A stretch of 64,000 nucleotides of DNA, from positions 5,332,001 through 5,396,000 of the forward strand of contig OZ176053.1 of assembly GCA_964247055.1 (NCBI GenBank). The letters run 5' to 3'. The notes beneath the pieces were generated by a model. It saw nothing but the letters and a program-made list of their open reading frames with translations, searched no databases and had not been told where the DNA came from. Positions 42,750 to 55,340 of the stretch are shown piece after piece (the first letter of the stretch is position 1; every line of letters starts with the position of its first letter). The translations under genes were made by a program, and so were the position numbers. Source of the stretch: Paragordius varius. Lineage: Eukaryota; Animalia; Nematomorpha.

Positions 42750-44191
42750 AATTTTTATGTATAGACTTTTATTGGAAATAAAAGTTATACATACAGGATT
42801 AATTTTTGTATATGAGGTGATAAATATTTGTTATCATTTTTTAATTATTTAAAAATGTTACGAATGATGAATCGGCACATTATCCTTTATTATGATTTAA
42901 ATATTTAATTTTAATAAAACAGTTTTTTAAAATTCAAAATATTTTACCATTAATAGCACCATCGTATATTCATAACCAATAAAGAATATTAGAGATTCAT
43001 ATTGTGCGCTCTTTAGACCCTTTAAATACCACTTCTTCATATCGTCGCACCCACACCCATTTTTTGTTCTTATTCATAACCAATGAACATTCATCGAGAT
43101 CTACTGTTTGATCTTCAATCCTTACAGACATCATTTCATTTGCAAAAGATATCTCAAATAATAAAATTTAAAATTTATATATATAAAAATATTTTTTATA
43201 CCTGGCCTCATCATCTTGAGGCGTATTTCGTGCGATAGGTTGATGATATGAATGCTTTTTTACTACATCCATTTCTTTGAAACATTTTCGGAGAGTGGAC
43301 GATGACATTTTTAATTCTTTAGGCAAACATTTAATAATATTCTCTTGAGTTAAATCAGGATGCTTATTAATTATTTTCATTATAGCTTCGTGAGCCATTT
43401 CTGTATTCTTCGACGTAGACCTCCCCCTTTTAGGCATTACCATCTCTTCTCCTCTGGCTAGCATTTTTCTAAAGTTATTAATACTATTTCGACTCATTCC
43501 CAAGCGCTGTACAAACTTACTAGAACCGACCCCATGATTTTTTGGGTCGGTAAATATTAATCGAGCTTCTTCTAATTTCTCTGCAGTCCATAATCGATCT
43601 ATATATAAAAAATTTCTTACTTCCAAATGAGGGTCTCGTCACAGGGGAGCGTTTTACAGGAAAATCGTCGGATGTCAGACTAGAAACAGCTAAAATTAAA
43701 TAAATAATACTTGCATCCATAAATTGTAGGACATCATCTAAATCTAAGCCCTTCTCACTTAATAGTTTATCCCTTATTTCATTCTGCGTTTCCCGTTTTT
43801 CTTAGAAATATGGAACAAAAGTTATTATATATATTTATGCTGGCCATTCACATTATTGTTGGCTTGGCAACAAAGTAGGGTATGGGTAAAAACAACAAAA
43901 TGTTGAGATTAAACATTTTTGTTTATTTAATTATGGAGAAAATTTGTTTCATAACACACGCTACTGTATTACCGATTGAACAACAATCATGTGAATTGGC
44001 CATCATAAAATATATATATATATATATATATATAATAAAAAAATATACCATCTTGATTTTTTGAATTCATATTGCATATAGGCTTGGTATTATCTTAAAG
44101 ATATAATTTTAAATACCTTCATTTGCTGATATATCGGAAACGATGCGACTGCTTTCCATATATTCATTGTTATTGAAAGGATTTTCATCAT
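42750..44191 (-). mobile_element. IS630/Tc1-like transposase-derived gene with multiple spliceosomal introns; intact N-terminal/HTH half, decayed DDE half
   Basis: Exons 44191-44117, 44093-44049, 43800-43711, 43689-43621, 43598-43202 join without stops. They are followed by ARNT..R...VDLDE, YDGAINGKIF, IIKDNVPIHHS and YLSP..INPV remnants with stops and frameshifts. Confidence 0.72.
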
Positions 44192-46032
44192 CTTTAAATA
44201 ATTTAAAAAATATAATATGCAACACTAGCCAACAAATTTTTCTGTCACTAGAGTTTTTTGCCTTTTCTGATATTTACTATCCAAAAATTTTGTATATTTT
44301 ATTTTTTATAATTATGCACCCTCTTTCACAAAATTTTATTAAAAAATGTTTTTCTTTGGAATATACAACAAATGCTCATTTGAAATATATAAATGGAAAG
44401 AGTAATAAAAACTTTATTAAATGCATATTAATATGTTTTACATTCATAGTTAATATTGGGCATAGGAAGCGACCAACCCTTGAAGCGAGAGCGTTTTTCT
44501 TAATTTTTAAAACTAATGGATGATAAAAGCTCAAACTTTGTGTAGATGGCAATGAATGTCTAAAAGTTTTTATGTCATTCTAGCCATTTTTAATTTTTGT
44601 TTTTAAAAAAATTTTCATCATAACAATTTATTTTCTTTAGAAAGGCTTACAATTTCAAAATTTCAAAGACTAGAAAGAGAGTTTAATATACTCTTAATTA
44701 TTTATATCCATTATATAATGACTTTACAGTTATAAATATGCATTTTAGTATGCACTAGGTAAAATGATTATGATATTAATTTTTATTAAAAAAGCAAACC
44801 AAAAGCTTTTTAAAAGATTTTTTTATACTAATGTAAAACCAAAAATTAAATTAAAATAATTTATATGATTTTTAAATTATTTAGTCTGTGAAAATTGATG
44901 ACTTATTTAAGGGTAATTGACCATACAAAGTCAAATAACTTTTACATCCGATTGATTTAAATGACTAACTACCATTCGAAAGATTTAGGCGCTCTTCTGA
45001 ATATAAAATACATTGCTGTATATCTAAAATTAATTTTTTAAGAGTTTAATGTTTAATCGGGGCCAAAAATTTTCGATCAACCCTATTAATATTCATAGAT
45101 GTGATACCAATTTTTTTCGGATTTATTTACACTAAATATTAAATTCACGAGAATGGCACTTAAAAAAAGTTAAAATTTGTTGTCTAGTGTAATTAATATA
45201 GTATCTAAAATTATATAAACCTAAAACAAAGTTTTCTTGATTTGTGTTATCAATGCCATTACGCGTATCGGTATGATTCGTGTTTGTTAGATTTGCTTAT
45301 TTTTGAAAAATAAAAATTTGCAAAAAAAATCATAAAAAAATCTAAAATAATTAAAGTTTTTAACTGCATTTTCTTTATACAAGCCCACCAATGATGACAA
45401 ATAGAGAATAGAACAAAATTTGGTAATATCTTCTTAGATACTATGAAGTTAATACCACCCCAAAAAAACTTAGGAACAAACACTCAAATTGTATGCCATT
45501 GTTGAACGAAATAGTATTTCGTATTTTTTAGTGTGATAAAAATTTATAGTGAAATTGTTCCATAATAATTTACCAGTTTGAAATGTTGTTTTTAACAAAC
45601 AAAATTTTATATAAATAGGGGAAAACCTTTGCCTCAAAAAGCAATACCCACTGTTTTAAAAAATTTAGGCGCATGATTTCGATATTTTATATTTGATGGG
45701 TTATAATTATTATTATTGGTTTTAGATTTAAATTATACCTGGTATTTTCAACTCTGATATAAGTTGGATGAATTTAAATATTTTTGTAAAATCTAAAATT
45801 TCAAAAGCACCTTTTGCATTTCCAATAGATTTAAAAAAGTAAACCAGCATAATTTAGAAACTTTCAAGACCTAAGAAGCACTATTAGTGTTTTATAATTA
45901 ACCCTTTTAGCCATATATTTGATACCTGTTTTTTATTTACATTTGGATTAACAAAATGTTTTCGTTTCATGTTATATATATAAATATTCCCCATAAAGAT
46001 GATTAGCATTATAATATGATTATTATATTTGA

Positions 46033-47610
46033 TATACCATTTGCAATTCAAATTCACCCTTGAATAATTTAAATTCATCCTAAAAATAAAACTGCTCAAC
46101 AAGGTTTCGCACCACCCCATTTTTTGTATTTTACCCAATTGTATGGAAAGGCCAAAACAAAAAAATTTGAGGCCACCAATAGGATTCTTTTAATTTTTTA
46201 AATTTTGTATTAAATTTTAAAACAATTATTCCTCGTTATCATATATTTAAATATTTAAACGAGGAAGTCGATACAAAAGTATTCCAGAGCCAGTTATTTC
46301 CATTTTAATTTTAGAACGAAAATGCAAAAATGATCCAAATATACCAGCCCCAGTATACGATACCACAGAAGATTTTTTTATAGACGAAGACTCATACAAA
46401 AAATGTTATGATGACCCTTATAGTAAAATTTTATCTAAAAATGCCGTCGATCTTTATATTAAAAAATATAAACTGCTAAAAATCGCTGCTGAAGGTTTAT
46501 CTCTTTTGCACGAGAAATACGGCTGGGCTTGTTATTCGACATAGAAATAGACAAAATAAATAGATATTCAATTTATTGAATATATTAATTAAAAATTCTA
46601 TGTATTAAATAAAAGAAAATACAAAACTTTAAATATATAACTAAGAGCCAAAGTATTAATAAATCTAAAAGGGCTAATCTATGGTGTGATGTGATAGATA
46701 CGGGCGGCTTGCACAAGCTTTGCAAAATCCCCCAAGCAATCTGATAATTATCCCATATATGGCAAGTATTACAATGAGCTGTAGGAGAGACCTGCAGAAA
46801 ATTAACGTCAGCAAAATCCAAAATTTACATGTCAAATTAACCAATTCACATAATATAGTTGGACAAATTCGACCATTAAATCGGATAAGAAGATTAGATA
46901 AGTACAAGACCTATTGTTGGTAAGATATCCACCATCCAGGTAATAAAAATGATTGCCCAACATCCATCTAAAATTCAAAATATACCGCATCCAATCATTT
47001 TCAAAATAAATAATATCTACTAGGTATAATTAAAAGGGTTTTTTCTAATAATCCGAAAAAACTAATAAGTACTAAAAATAACCAAAACTATGAAAATAAA
47101 TATAGCCTATATGAAAGCCGAAGGTTTAAACCACAAAATGCCTCTTTATTATGTTTTTGATATAAATTCATGCGTGTTTAAAATTAGCTTTAGAAAACAG
47201 TAAATTTTAACGTTTACCCGTACTATTTTTTTCGCAACTTCTGTCTATTTTTTCTTTTGATTGAAAAACCCTTAATATCTCAAAATTCTAATTGTGGGGA
47301 AAAAATTTTTCAGATTAGGATTTAAAAAACCGAGATTAGTCAAAATTTCAAGTTTTGAGTGGTGGTGTTCAAAAAAGTCCAAATTTGTCGACTAGGGTAA
47401 ATTATGTGTTTTCGGGCTGATAAAACTTATCATTAATAAGAAATATATTCTTATGGCATAGTTAGTTTTTTTAATTATGATATTAATTTTAAACGAAATT
47501 TCATTTTTTAAGAATATAAAAGAATATAAGTAATTTTTAATCTTAAAAAAACAATTTATTTTAGGGTGAATTTGAATTATTCGAGGGTGAATTTGAACTG
47601 TAAACGGTAT
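46033..47610. mobile_element. Inverted-repeat element (about 60-bp arms) carrying coding-like cargo
   Basis: 46033-46090 and 47555-47610 are reverse complements (TTCAAATTCACCC.TGAATAATT.AAATTCA.CCTAAAA). Inside are a tiny mariner fragment (MGKIQKMGW) and an open frame at about 46315-46543. No TSD identified. Confidence 0.5.
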
Positions 47611-48249
47611 AATTATACATTAATAACCAAGTTTATAATTTAAAAATTTATTATACTTAGTAATTATTTTAATAGTTAATATTTTGGATTTCTAAAATTG
47701 GTTATAATTCTCAGTTTGGTATTTTTTTATGTAAAAAGTAAAATATTCATAGAAAGACTACCAGCTATGGTTATTTAATTTTTATTTTATATATTGGTGA
47801 AGTAAGGTCGTAATGTGGATAGTTGTAAATATTTTAGTAATTTGAATTTCAAACATAAAAACGCAAAATTACATCTATTTTGAGTATGTCGAAATGTCAA
47901 AAATATATAATAATCAATAATGTAAAACAAAAAAATACAAATTTTATATAAAAAATATGGAAAACCGCAAAATTGAATTTATTTTTATGTTTAAAAATAT
48001 TTATTAATTAATTTTAATTAAGGTGCTAAACAAAAAGAAGCAAAAAATACCTATTGAACATAATTTGGCCAATTATAATATGAGTTGACCAATTATGTAC
48101 ATACTGTAAATTTATAATGAATATTAGGGTTAATTTTAATATGTGTAAAAAACTATTATTACACTCCACACTTATAATATATTACAATAATATTAGAGCT
48201 TTTCCTTACCACTATATTTTTTAATCAATGATACTTCATTAAAAAAATT

Positions 48250-49684
48250 ATTTTCAGAAATATTACTATTTGGGAGTTTTAAATAAAATCCTGACGGTTT
48301 ATTGCCACTTGCTCTTCGAGCTCTTTATACTATTGCGAATCGTAAATGGCATAAATTATCTAACTTCTTTTGACATTGGTATCTTAAACTATAAACTTCC
48401 TTTGCAATTTCGATTGCAGATAATTTGCCACCGTCAATAAGTTTAATGATGTTTTGAAAAAGAGCAGCTTGATTTTGTAAAAAAACTTTTCTAAAATGTA
48501 GGACATTTGTCTTACGATACAAAGTAAGATTTTAGTCATAAATTTTCAAAATTCTTTCGATAGCTGGCAGAAGAGCTAACCAACGCGTTTTACAATATCC
48601 AAGTATTTTCTGATATTCAACTTTCGCATTTTTACAAAATTCTTTAAGCATTTCAACGATACAGTGTATATATATTGAAATCAGGATATAATTTAATAAT
48701 ATTTTCCACATCTACTGGTAACAAGTCAGCAGCTGTTAAAATAGCGTTGTTTATTATAGGCGCTGCAGACGGAACGCCAAAAATATTTTGATTCGGATCT
48801 TTCGCTGATTCATGAAAAAATTTGTGCCTCTCGCTTTTCCTCCGAAATTAGTATTCGTATAGTCTTCACAATATGCGATAATTTTTAGTTTCAAATTATT
48901 TTGTTCCAAAATATTAATAATAGAATTAAAATTATTTTAGAATTTTCACCGGGTACAGTAATAAAACCTAAAATTTAACCCCAGTATCTGAACTAAAACA
49001 TCTATTGATGGTTGAAAATAATTTTAATTTTTTAAAAAATATTTTTTATTTCTGAAAATTCATATGGGGAAAGCACATTACATACTATTGCCCCGGCCTT
49101 TGTTCTTGCGCAGGTAAATTTTTTTAAATAGCTTTTTGATAACTTGTGATGTATATTCCATAGATCTGAAGGAATGATTGTGATTAACAGGTATTATTTT
49201 CTTCATATCCATAAGTTGTTTTTTGAAAAAAATATGGCATTTTGGAAGATGCAGCAGTATTTAAACATTTTTTGTTTCTGTGTCTCCAAACGCTTTGTTA
49301 TATCATTTTTTCCGCCGTGCAAAATACTGAATTCGACGTTGCATGTTTGACATTTAACTATCTAGTCCTTTTTAGATTTAATAAAAGGAAATCTTAAATA
49401 ATTGGTGAGTTTATATCCTCTTTTCGTACTCATTTTGTTAAAAATTTAAAATAAATTATATAAATATAAAAAATTACTTCTTATAATTTTCTATGGTTAG
49501 CGTAAGTAGCAGACTTGATTTGACTGTTCAGTTAGCAGTACGAACACAAAAAAACGCAAAACAATGAAATTAAAAAATTTATCTGGATTCTAATGGTCGG
49601 GACTTTTAAAAAAGTAGCGGGACTCGGTACAAATGGTAAAAAATCGGAACTGTCCCGCTAATAGCAGGACGTCTGGTCCACCAA
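48250..49684 (-). mobile_element. Decayed hAT transposon
   Basis: Remnant ...NNAILTAADLLPVDVENII...MLKEFCKNAKVEYQKILGYCKTRWLALLPAIERIL. One TIR-like end (GGTGGACCAGACGTCC on the minus strand) near 49680. Confidence 0.78.
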
Positions 49685-51143
49685 TATAAACTTCATAAAA
49701 GGTTTTAAGTGAAAAATATGGCGCATTTAGTGCTATCATCCAAAGTGCAATAAAAAAATACTTTAACATAATTTATTTACACGTCCATCGCAGTTTTTTG
49801 CAATTACAATATGATGTTATAGCTTTACGAATCTAAGGGAAGCAAATTTTAAAAACGAATGATTGTTGTTACAAATAAATTAGCTGTGTCCTGTCAGGCG
49901 TTGTTGTGCCAAATCACAATTATTAAAATTAAAAATATATTCATTCCGCAATAAACAGAATAAAACGTAGACTGACTACACAATGGTGGAGCTTACATTC
50001 TCTTTAAAATCCCGTTATTATATAATAATGAGGTATTACAATAGAGTGAAGTCCTATGTTATAATTGACGTTCAACAAATTTTTTGTCTTAATATGTATA
50101 GAGGTATAACTAAAATTAACATAACATTAAATGTTGCTTAAAGCTACAATATTTAAGCTAGTGTATAACATAAGGGAACTAATTATGAGCTAATATAAAA
50201 GCGAATTAAAATTGTTGTCTCTAAATGGAAATTTTTTAAAAGCTTTGAATCCATATGTTCTCATCTGTACAAAGTTTCAAATCCTTTGTATTTCTATGGT
50301 AGCAAATATTACATAGGGTGAGCAAACCATGTGCTAAATTAAAAAAGCGCCAAAAATTTTACCATTATTGTTTTGGTAGTTTTTCATAAATTTTCGAAAT
50401 TGTTTTAGAGATTTATTTTTGGATTTTTTTGGAAAAAAAGTGATTTTCCGGAGGAGCGGCTAAATCTATCTGCTACTTTATTTACCTATCCTGAGTATGT
50501 TCGGCGAATTCTGTATTGAGCTTAAATGGTATTTCCGTTTTCCAGAAAATTGCTTCAAAAAACAGAATTTTTGGGAACTTTATTAAAAAAACTTTATTTT
50601 ACGCCGGGTAAAAAGGGCTGATTCAAAAAGTGGGATACAACTGGATCATAGTATTTTTTATACAAGGTCTGGAAGGATAAAAAAGTGATTAGTACACTTG
50701 GCGCAAAATTAAATTATCACTTTCAATTAAATTAAACCTTAACATTTAAGAAATTGCTACCAAGACAACCCACATTCTAAATTTCAATAAATTTATAAAT
50801 TGAACCTTTCTTGGAAAAGTGAAAAATGTGTGAAAACAACAAAAAGTCTTAATATAATTATATTTGCGATTCCACACACTCGAAGAGGACTTATCATTAT
50901 AAAATAAAAAACAAAAAACTATCAAATTCATTTAAAAGTAATAACTTATTAATAAAAAATGAGTTATTGATAATATTTAACGATTATTTACAAAAAAATC
51001 AGGTGTACCGTTGTTTAACACGTAAAGGAAAAGTTTCAAATATTTTCGACTAATATAAGCGGTTAAGCTCACATTATATAAATGCATATATTACCGGTCA
51101 GATATGCATAGTAGAAGAACTCCAATATTCTCTAGAAAAATAT

Positions 51144-52843
51144 CAGAGGCCTTAGCTCACATTCCTGGCGCTTGGTGCATGAATCCGTGATGGCGCCGCT
51201 GACCCCTCTATGCAATCCCTAACATTTTAAAAAAATCAAATTCAAACCGTAAGCGGGATGACAGGCCCGTCATAAAAAACACGCGAAAAAAACAGGCACA
51301 TATAACCCCATTCCTTTGAAAAAGACGGCTTGCTTAACAAATTATCAGTAATTAAAAAATAAGAGCCATGATCTTTCAATTATGATTTCTTCATCTTAAC
51401 CGATACGACTGAAAAACCAGGATTTTAGCATTGAGGAACGACTTTGTTATTTCATAAAAAATGCTTTTATTTTGTATTGTTGAAAACCATGTAAAATTAA
51501 TTCTGTACGAAGCTGATTTGTAAATATAGAAATTTAATTATTAAACTTTAAATAAGCCACATAGTTTGAATCATTGGCAGATGGTATAATTTTATTTCTT
51601 AAATCATTTTTTGTTTGTGACTCCCTATCGTATTATTATTATTTAGGTCCTCTATTGTATGGCTATTGTCAAAATAATGCGGCTCCGTTAAGGTGTTGTT
51701 ATATTATACTTATTATCAGAAGGTGTTTTTGTCGGATTACAATTATCTGAAAATATTGGGCCGCCGTTGTTGGGCATTAAAATAGAATTAGTATCATGAT
51801 TATTAGAATTATTCTGTGATTGCAATTTTTCGCTTAATTTTGGTGCGGTATAATTATCTTTCAATTGCTTTAATGTTGAGAACCGCTAAGTTCAAGCATT
51901 CCTGATAATAATAAAAATTATTTTTCTTACTTGAACTATGTCCTATTCTACCCTTCGAGATTATACTGCAGACGAACGATTATAATAAACCTTAAAAATA
52001 TTAAAGCTATGTAATAAAAATCAAATTTAAACCTTAACCATTTTAGGGTCCGGTTCCAAGTTAGTTTTTTCTGATTTCGGTTCGTGTTCCATTTTTTAAT
52101 AAAGAACATTTAATTCCAAAACAGTGCCACTATATTTTGATAAAAAATCTTAATTTTTTTATTGGCAACAGGCAAATTAAACGTGAAAATGGCCAAGAAA
52201 ACAAGGAATATAAGTGAATCGGCTTAAACGTAACTCTAGTCTTGTTACAATTGATTTTTATAATATTTTTGGCCAAATGTTAAAATACTTTAGGCTGTGT
52301 GGATTTTGTATATTAAAAATACTTGGATATAGATGTATCAAAATAAATATTAAATTCATATTTAATACGTCTTGAATGGATTAGGAATTAAGAAAAATAG
52401 CACGGCATAATATATCATAAATATAGATGGTATATCGTGCCCTGAATTGGGAAAGAAATTTTTTAATTTAAACATAATGGGTGGCCCGCAATAAATATAT
52501 ATAATAAAATTAACATAAAATTATATTTGAAACTTAGATGATTTAAAGCAAATATTTGACTGAAGGCAGGTCATGATATTAACAGGCTGGGGTTAAGAAA
52601 GGTAGGCGCTTGAAGATAAAATGCAGAGATATAATAAATTATGAAACAGTTGGTTTGCTTTATCATAATATTAAAGGAGAATTTTGATCAAGTTTGAAGG
52701 TCATGACCAGTCCTAAATTGATGATTTTTTATGTATTATTATAGAAATAATAACTTTTATATGTCTATTTTTTTAATAAAATTTAAAAAATTTATACGGC
52801 GCCCCATAAAGCCCGGGTATCAGCCCGACTAGCTACGAGACTG
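51144..52843. mobile_element. Non-autonomous hAT element
   Basis: Imperfect CAG...TAGC / GCTACGAGACTG ends, perfect 8-bp TSD AAAAATAT, and GC-rich subterminal GGCGCC blocks. Confidence 0.7.
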
Positions 52844-53006
52844 AAAAATATATTTAAAATAGCCATATTATATAGCAATATTTTACGATAATTTATTAAA
52901 AGCAACGATAATAATGCATAGCGTGGAACGAATTTAATCCAAGTCATAACAGTATAGACGCCAGCTCACAAAAAATCAGATGTGAAAAGGAAATAGACAT
53001 ATCTTA

Positions 53007-53090
53007 GGATTTTATACAAATATATTACATGAAATACATATAAACAAATCGGATTTTATACAAATATATTACATGAAATACATATAAAAA
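53007..53090. repeat. Tandem duplication of about 44 bp
   Basis: GGATTT(T)ATACAAATATATTACATGAAATACATAT occurs twice. Confidence 0.85.
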
Positions 53091-55340
53091 CCAAAAAAAT
53101 ATATATTTTAAATGCTTTTCTGCCTTAAATTATATGCGATTGAACAATTAAACCGATCAAAAAACATTTAAACTTTCAATATGTTGTGCCAAAAAAAATA
53201 TTTGGGCATTTAACAACGCGAGACAAATGACCATGTGAATGAGCCACTGAGTTGGTTATATATACCTTATAAAATCTATATTCACTTCCCACAAGGTTTT
53301 TTTGAGCGTCAAAAAAGGTGTCGCAAATATCTATCTAAACTTTTGAGTCCTAAAACTTTAAAGCTATTTAGCCTAACTTTGTTACTTAAAATGCCTGACA
53401 AAGCTCATTCACATAGCTTAAAATTTAAACAATTAAACTTTTATATAATCCTAGGTGCAAATTATATATCAAGCAGCAGAAGTTGATAAAACATGTAATT
53501 AAAAAAGACTACATAAAAAAATCAACTAACCACATAAGAATGGAGGCGACTCAAGTACATTACACTAACCGGTAATATTATTGGTTGGTTAATAAGGTGT
53601 TTTAAAATGAAAAGCACACAAGGCTTGTAGTGATAAATATATATTTAATATCTCTTTATATGGAATATTAGATGTCAATTAACTCAAATGGATTATTAAA
53701 CTATATAAATAAATGCATTCATTGCATATAAATTATATATATTTGATTAATATTTTATTTCAATCCAAGAGTTTCAATAATTTACCTTTTACATATTTTA
53801 ATACATAAATTTGAAAAAGGTATATGCGTCAATATTGTTGAGAGAACTACAAATCGGAAATACCTACCAATTTAAATAATAAACAGTTTATTTACAATAA
53901 AAAACTTTAAAATACACCAAAATATAGTTGTTAGCTTTAGGTGGATATAAAAAATAGTTATTTAGATATTAAATAAACTTTATTTAATAAATTAGGCATT
54001 TTAATAAAAGTGCCATAAACGTAAATGTTTTGAAATCCAATCCAGATTTCCGGCTTATTTGTTACTTCGTAAATTGTATCTATAGTTATCAACGCGTTTA
54101 CAGTGCGAAAATACAAGCATTAGAATTTTATTAAAAAGAGTATCCCAGAATAAATAATTTTTATAGACACACAAAACTAATAAATTACGCAATTCAATAA
54201 ATAAATTTTAAAAGCTTCTAAGTAAAAAAAAATATTTGACTCTTTATACCAAACATGATATATGGATTTTTAATATATAACTTAAAAATAAAAGAATTTC
54301 ATATCCAACTACAAAACAACTACCCATTCATTTTATGTCCTATATACACAAATTATTTCATCGGACATCGACTGTAAAATTAGAGAAAATGTTAAAGTGT
54401 TAAAGAGAGTTGGAAAAATCAAAATTGAATTTAGTATAATATGTCAAAGGGGAAGTTTATTTAAATATTTTTGCTTAATAAAACCAATAGACCGACTTTA
54501 CAAAGGATCATGTAGTAAAATCTTATCAGTAAAATTTTATAGAAACTAAACATGTTAAAATAATATATTAACTAATCTAATAAGGAATAGTAACTATGAC
54601 AAAAAGAAAAAAACTAGGAATTGGAATCAAAACCATTAACTTTTTCCAAACCGTTTTACAAAAACGAAAAGACGGTTTCATTTTAAAAATATACTATTTT
54701 TCTCAATATTATTTTCCATTTTATTAACACTTCATTACCTTTTCACTTTTTTGTCCTAGTTTACCCTTTGGAATAGTTTTCTATCCCAAAGATCAATTTT
54801 GTGTAAATAAGCTAGAGTTTAAAAGGATATTTTGGATAAAATTACCATGGAACAGATTGAAAATCTTGTATTACAGTTTTAAGACTTCTCGATTCTGAAA
54901 TTGGGACAGCTCCAAAACATGATTGAAAAGAACAACTGATATTAAAATTAAAAATATAAAGATTTAGCTAGTATGTAGCCTGAGAGATTTTTAAAGTTAA
55001 TTATTTATATATAACCATAACATACACTTAGTTGCCTGTTGCAATAGCGATTATAGGAAAAATGGCCCCAAAAAGTTTGAGATGAGGATTTTTAAAAAAA
55101 ATTGTTTAATGCGCCTAAAAAGCTAAAGAATGGATATTTATAATGTTCCTTAAATACTTTTAAAGATATTCAATTTTCGTGGGATATAAAACTACCCCAT
55201 AAGTAATAGATTAATAGATTTTGGGGAACTAAGTAACACACTAAAAATGTTACCGTTTAATAGTTTGATTATTCTAGGGCTATCAGTAAATTTAATCAGA
55301 AAACTATTTAATATAATAAATAAATTGAGAAAATGAAATA

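Noticed and set aside
44143-44523. 126-aa plus-strand ORF
   Set aside because: F/I/L/K-rich AT-bias product overlapping the minus-strand exons of the transposase-derived gene; no motif.
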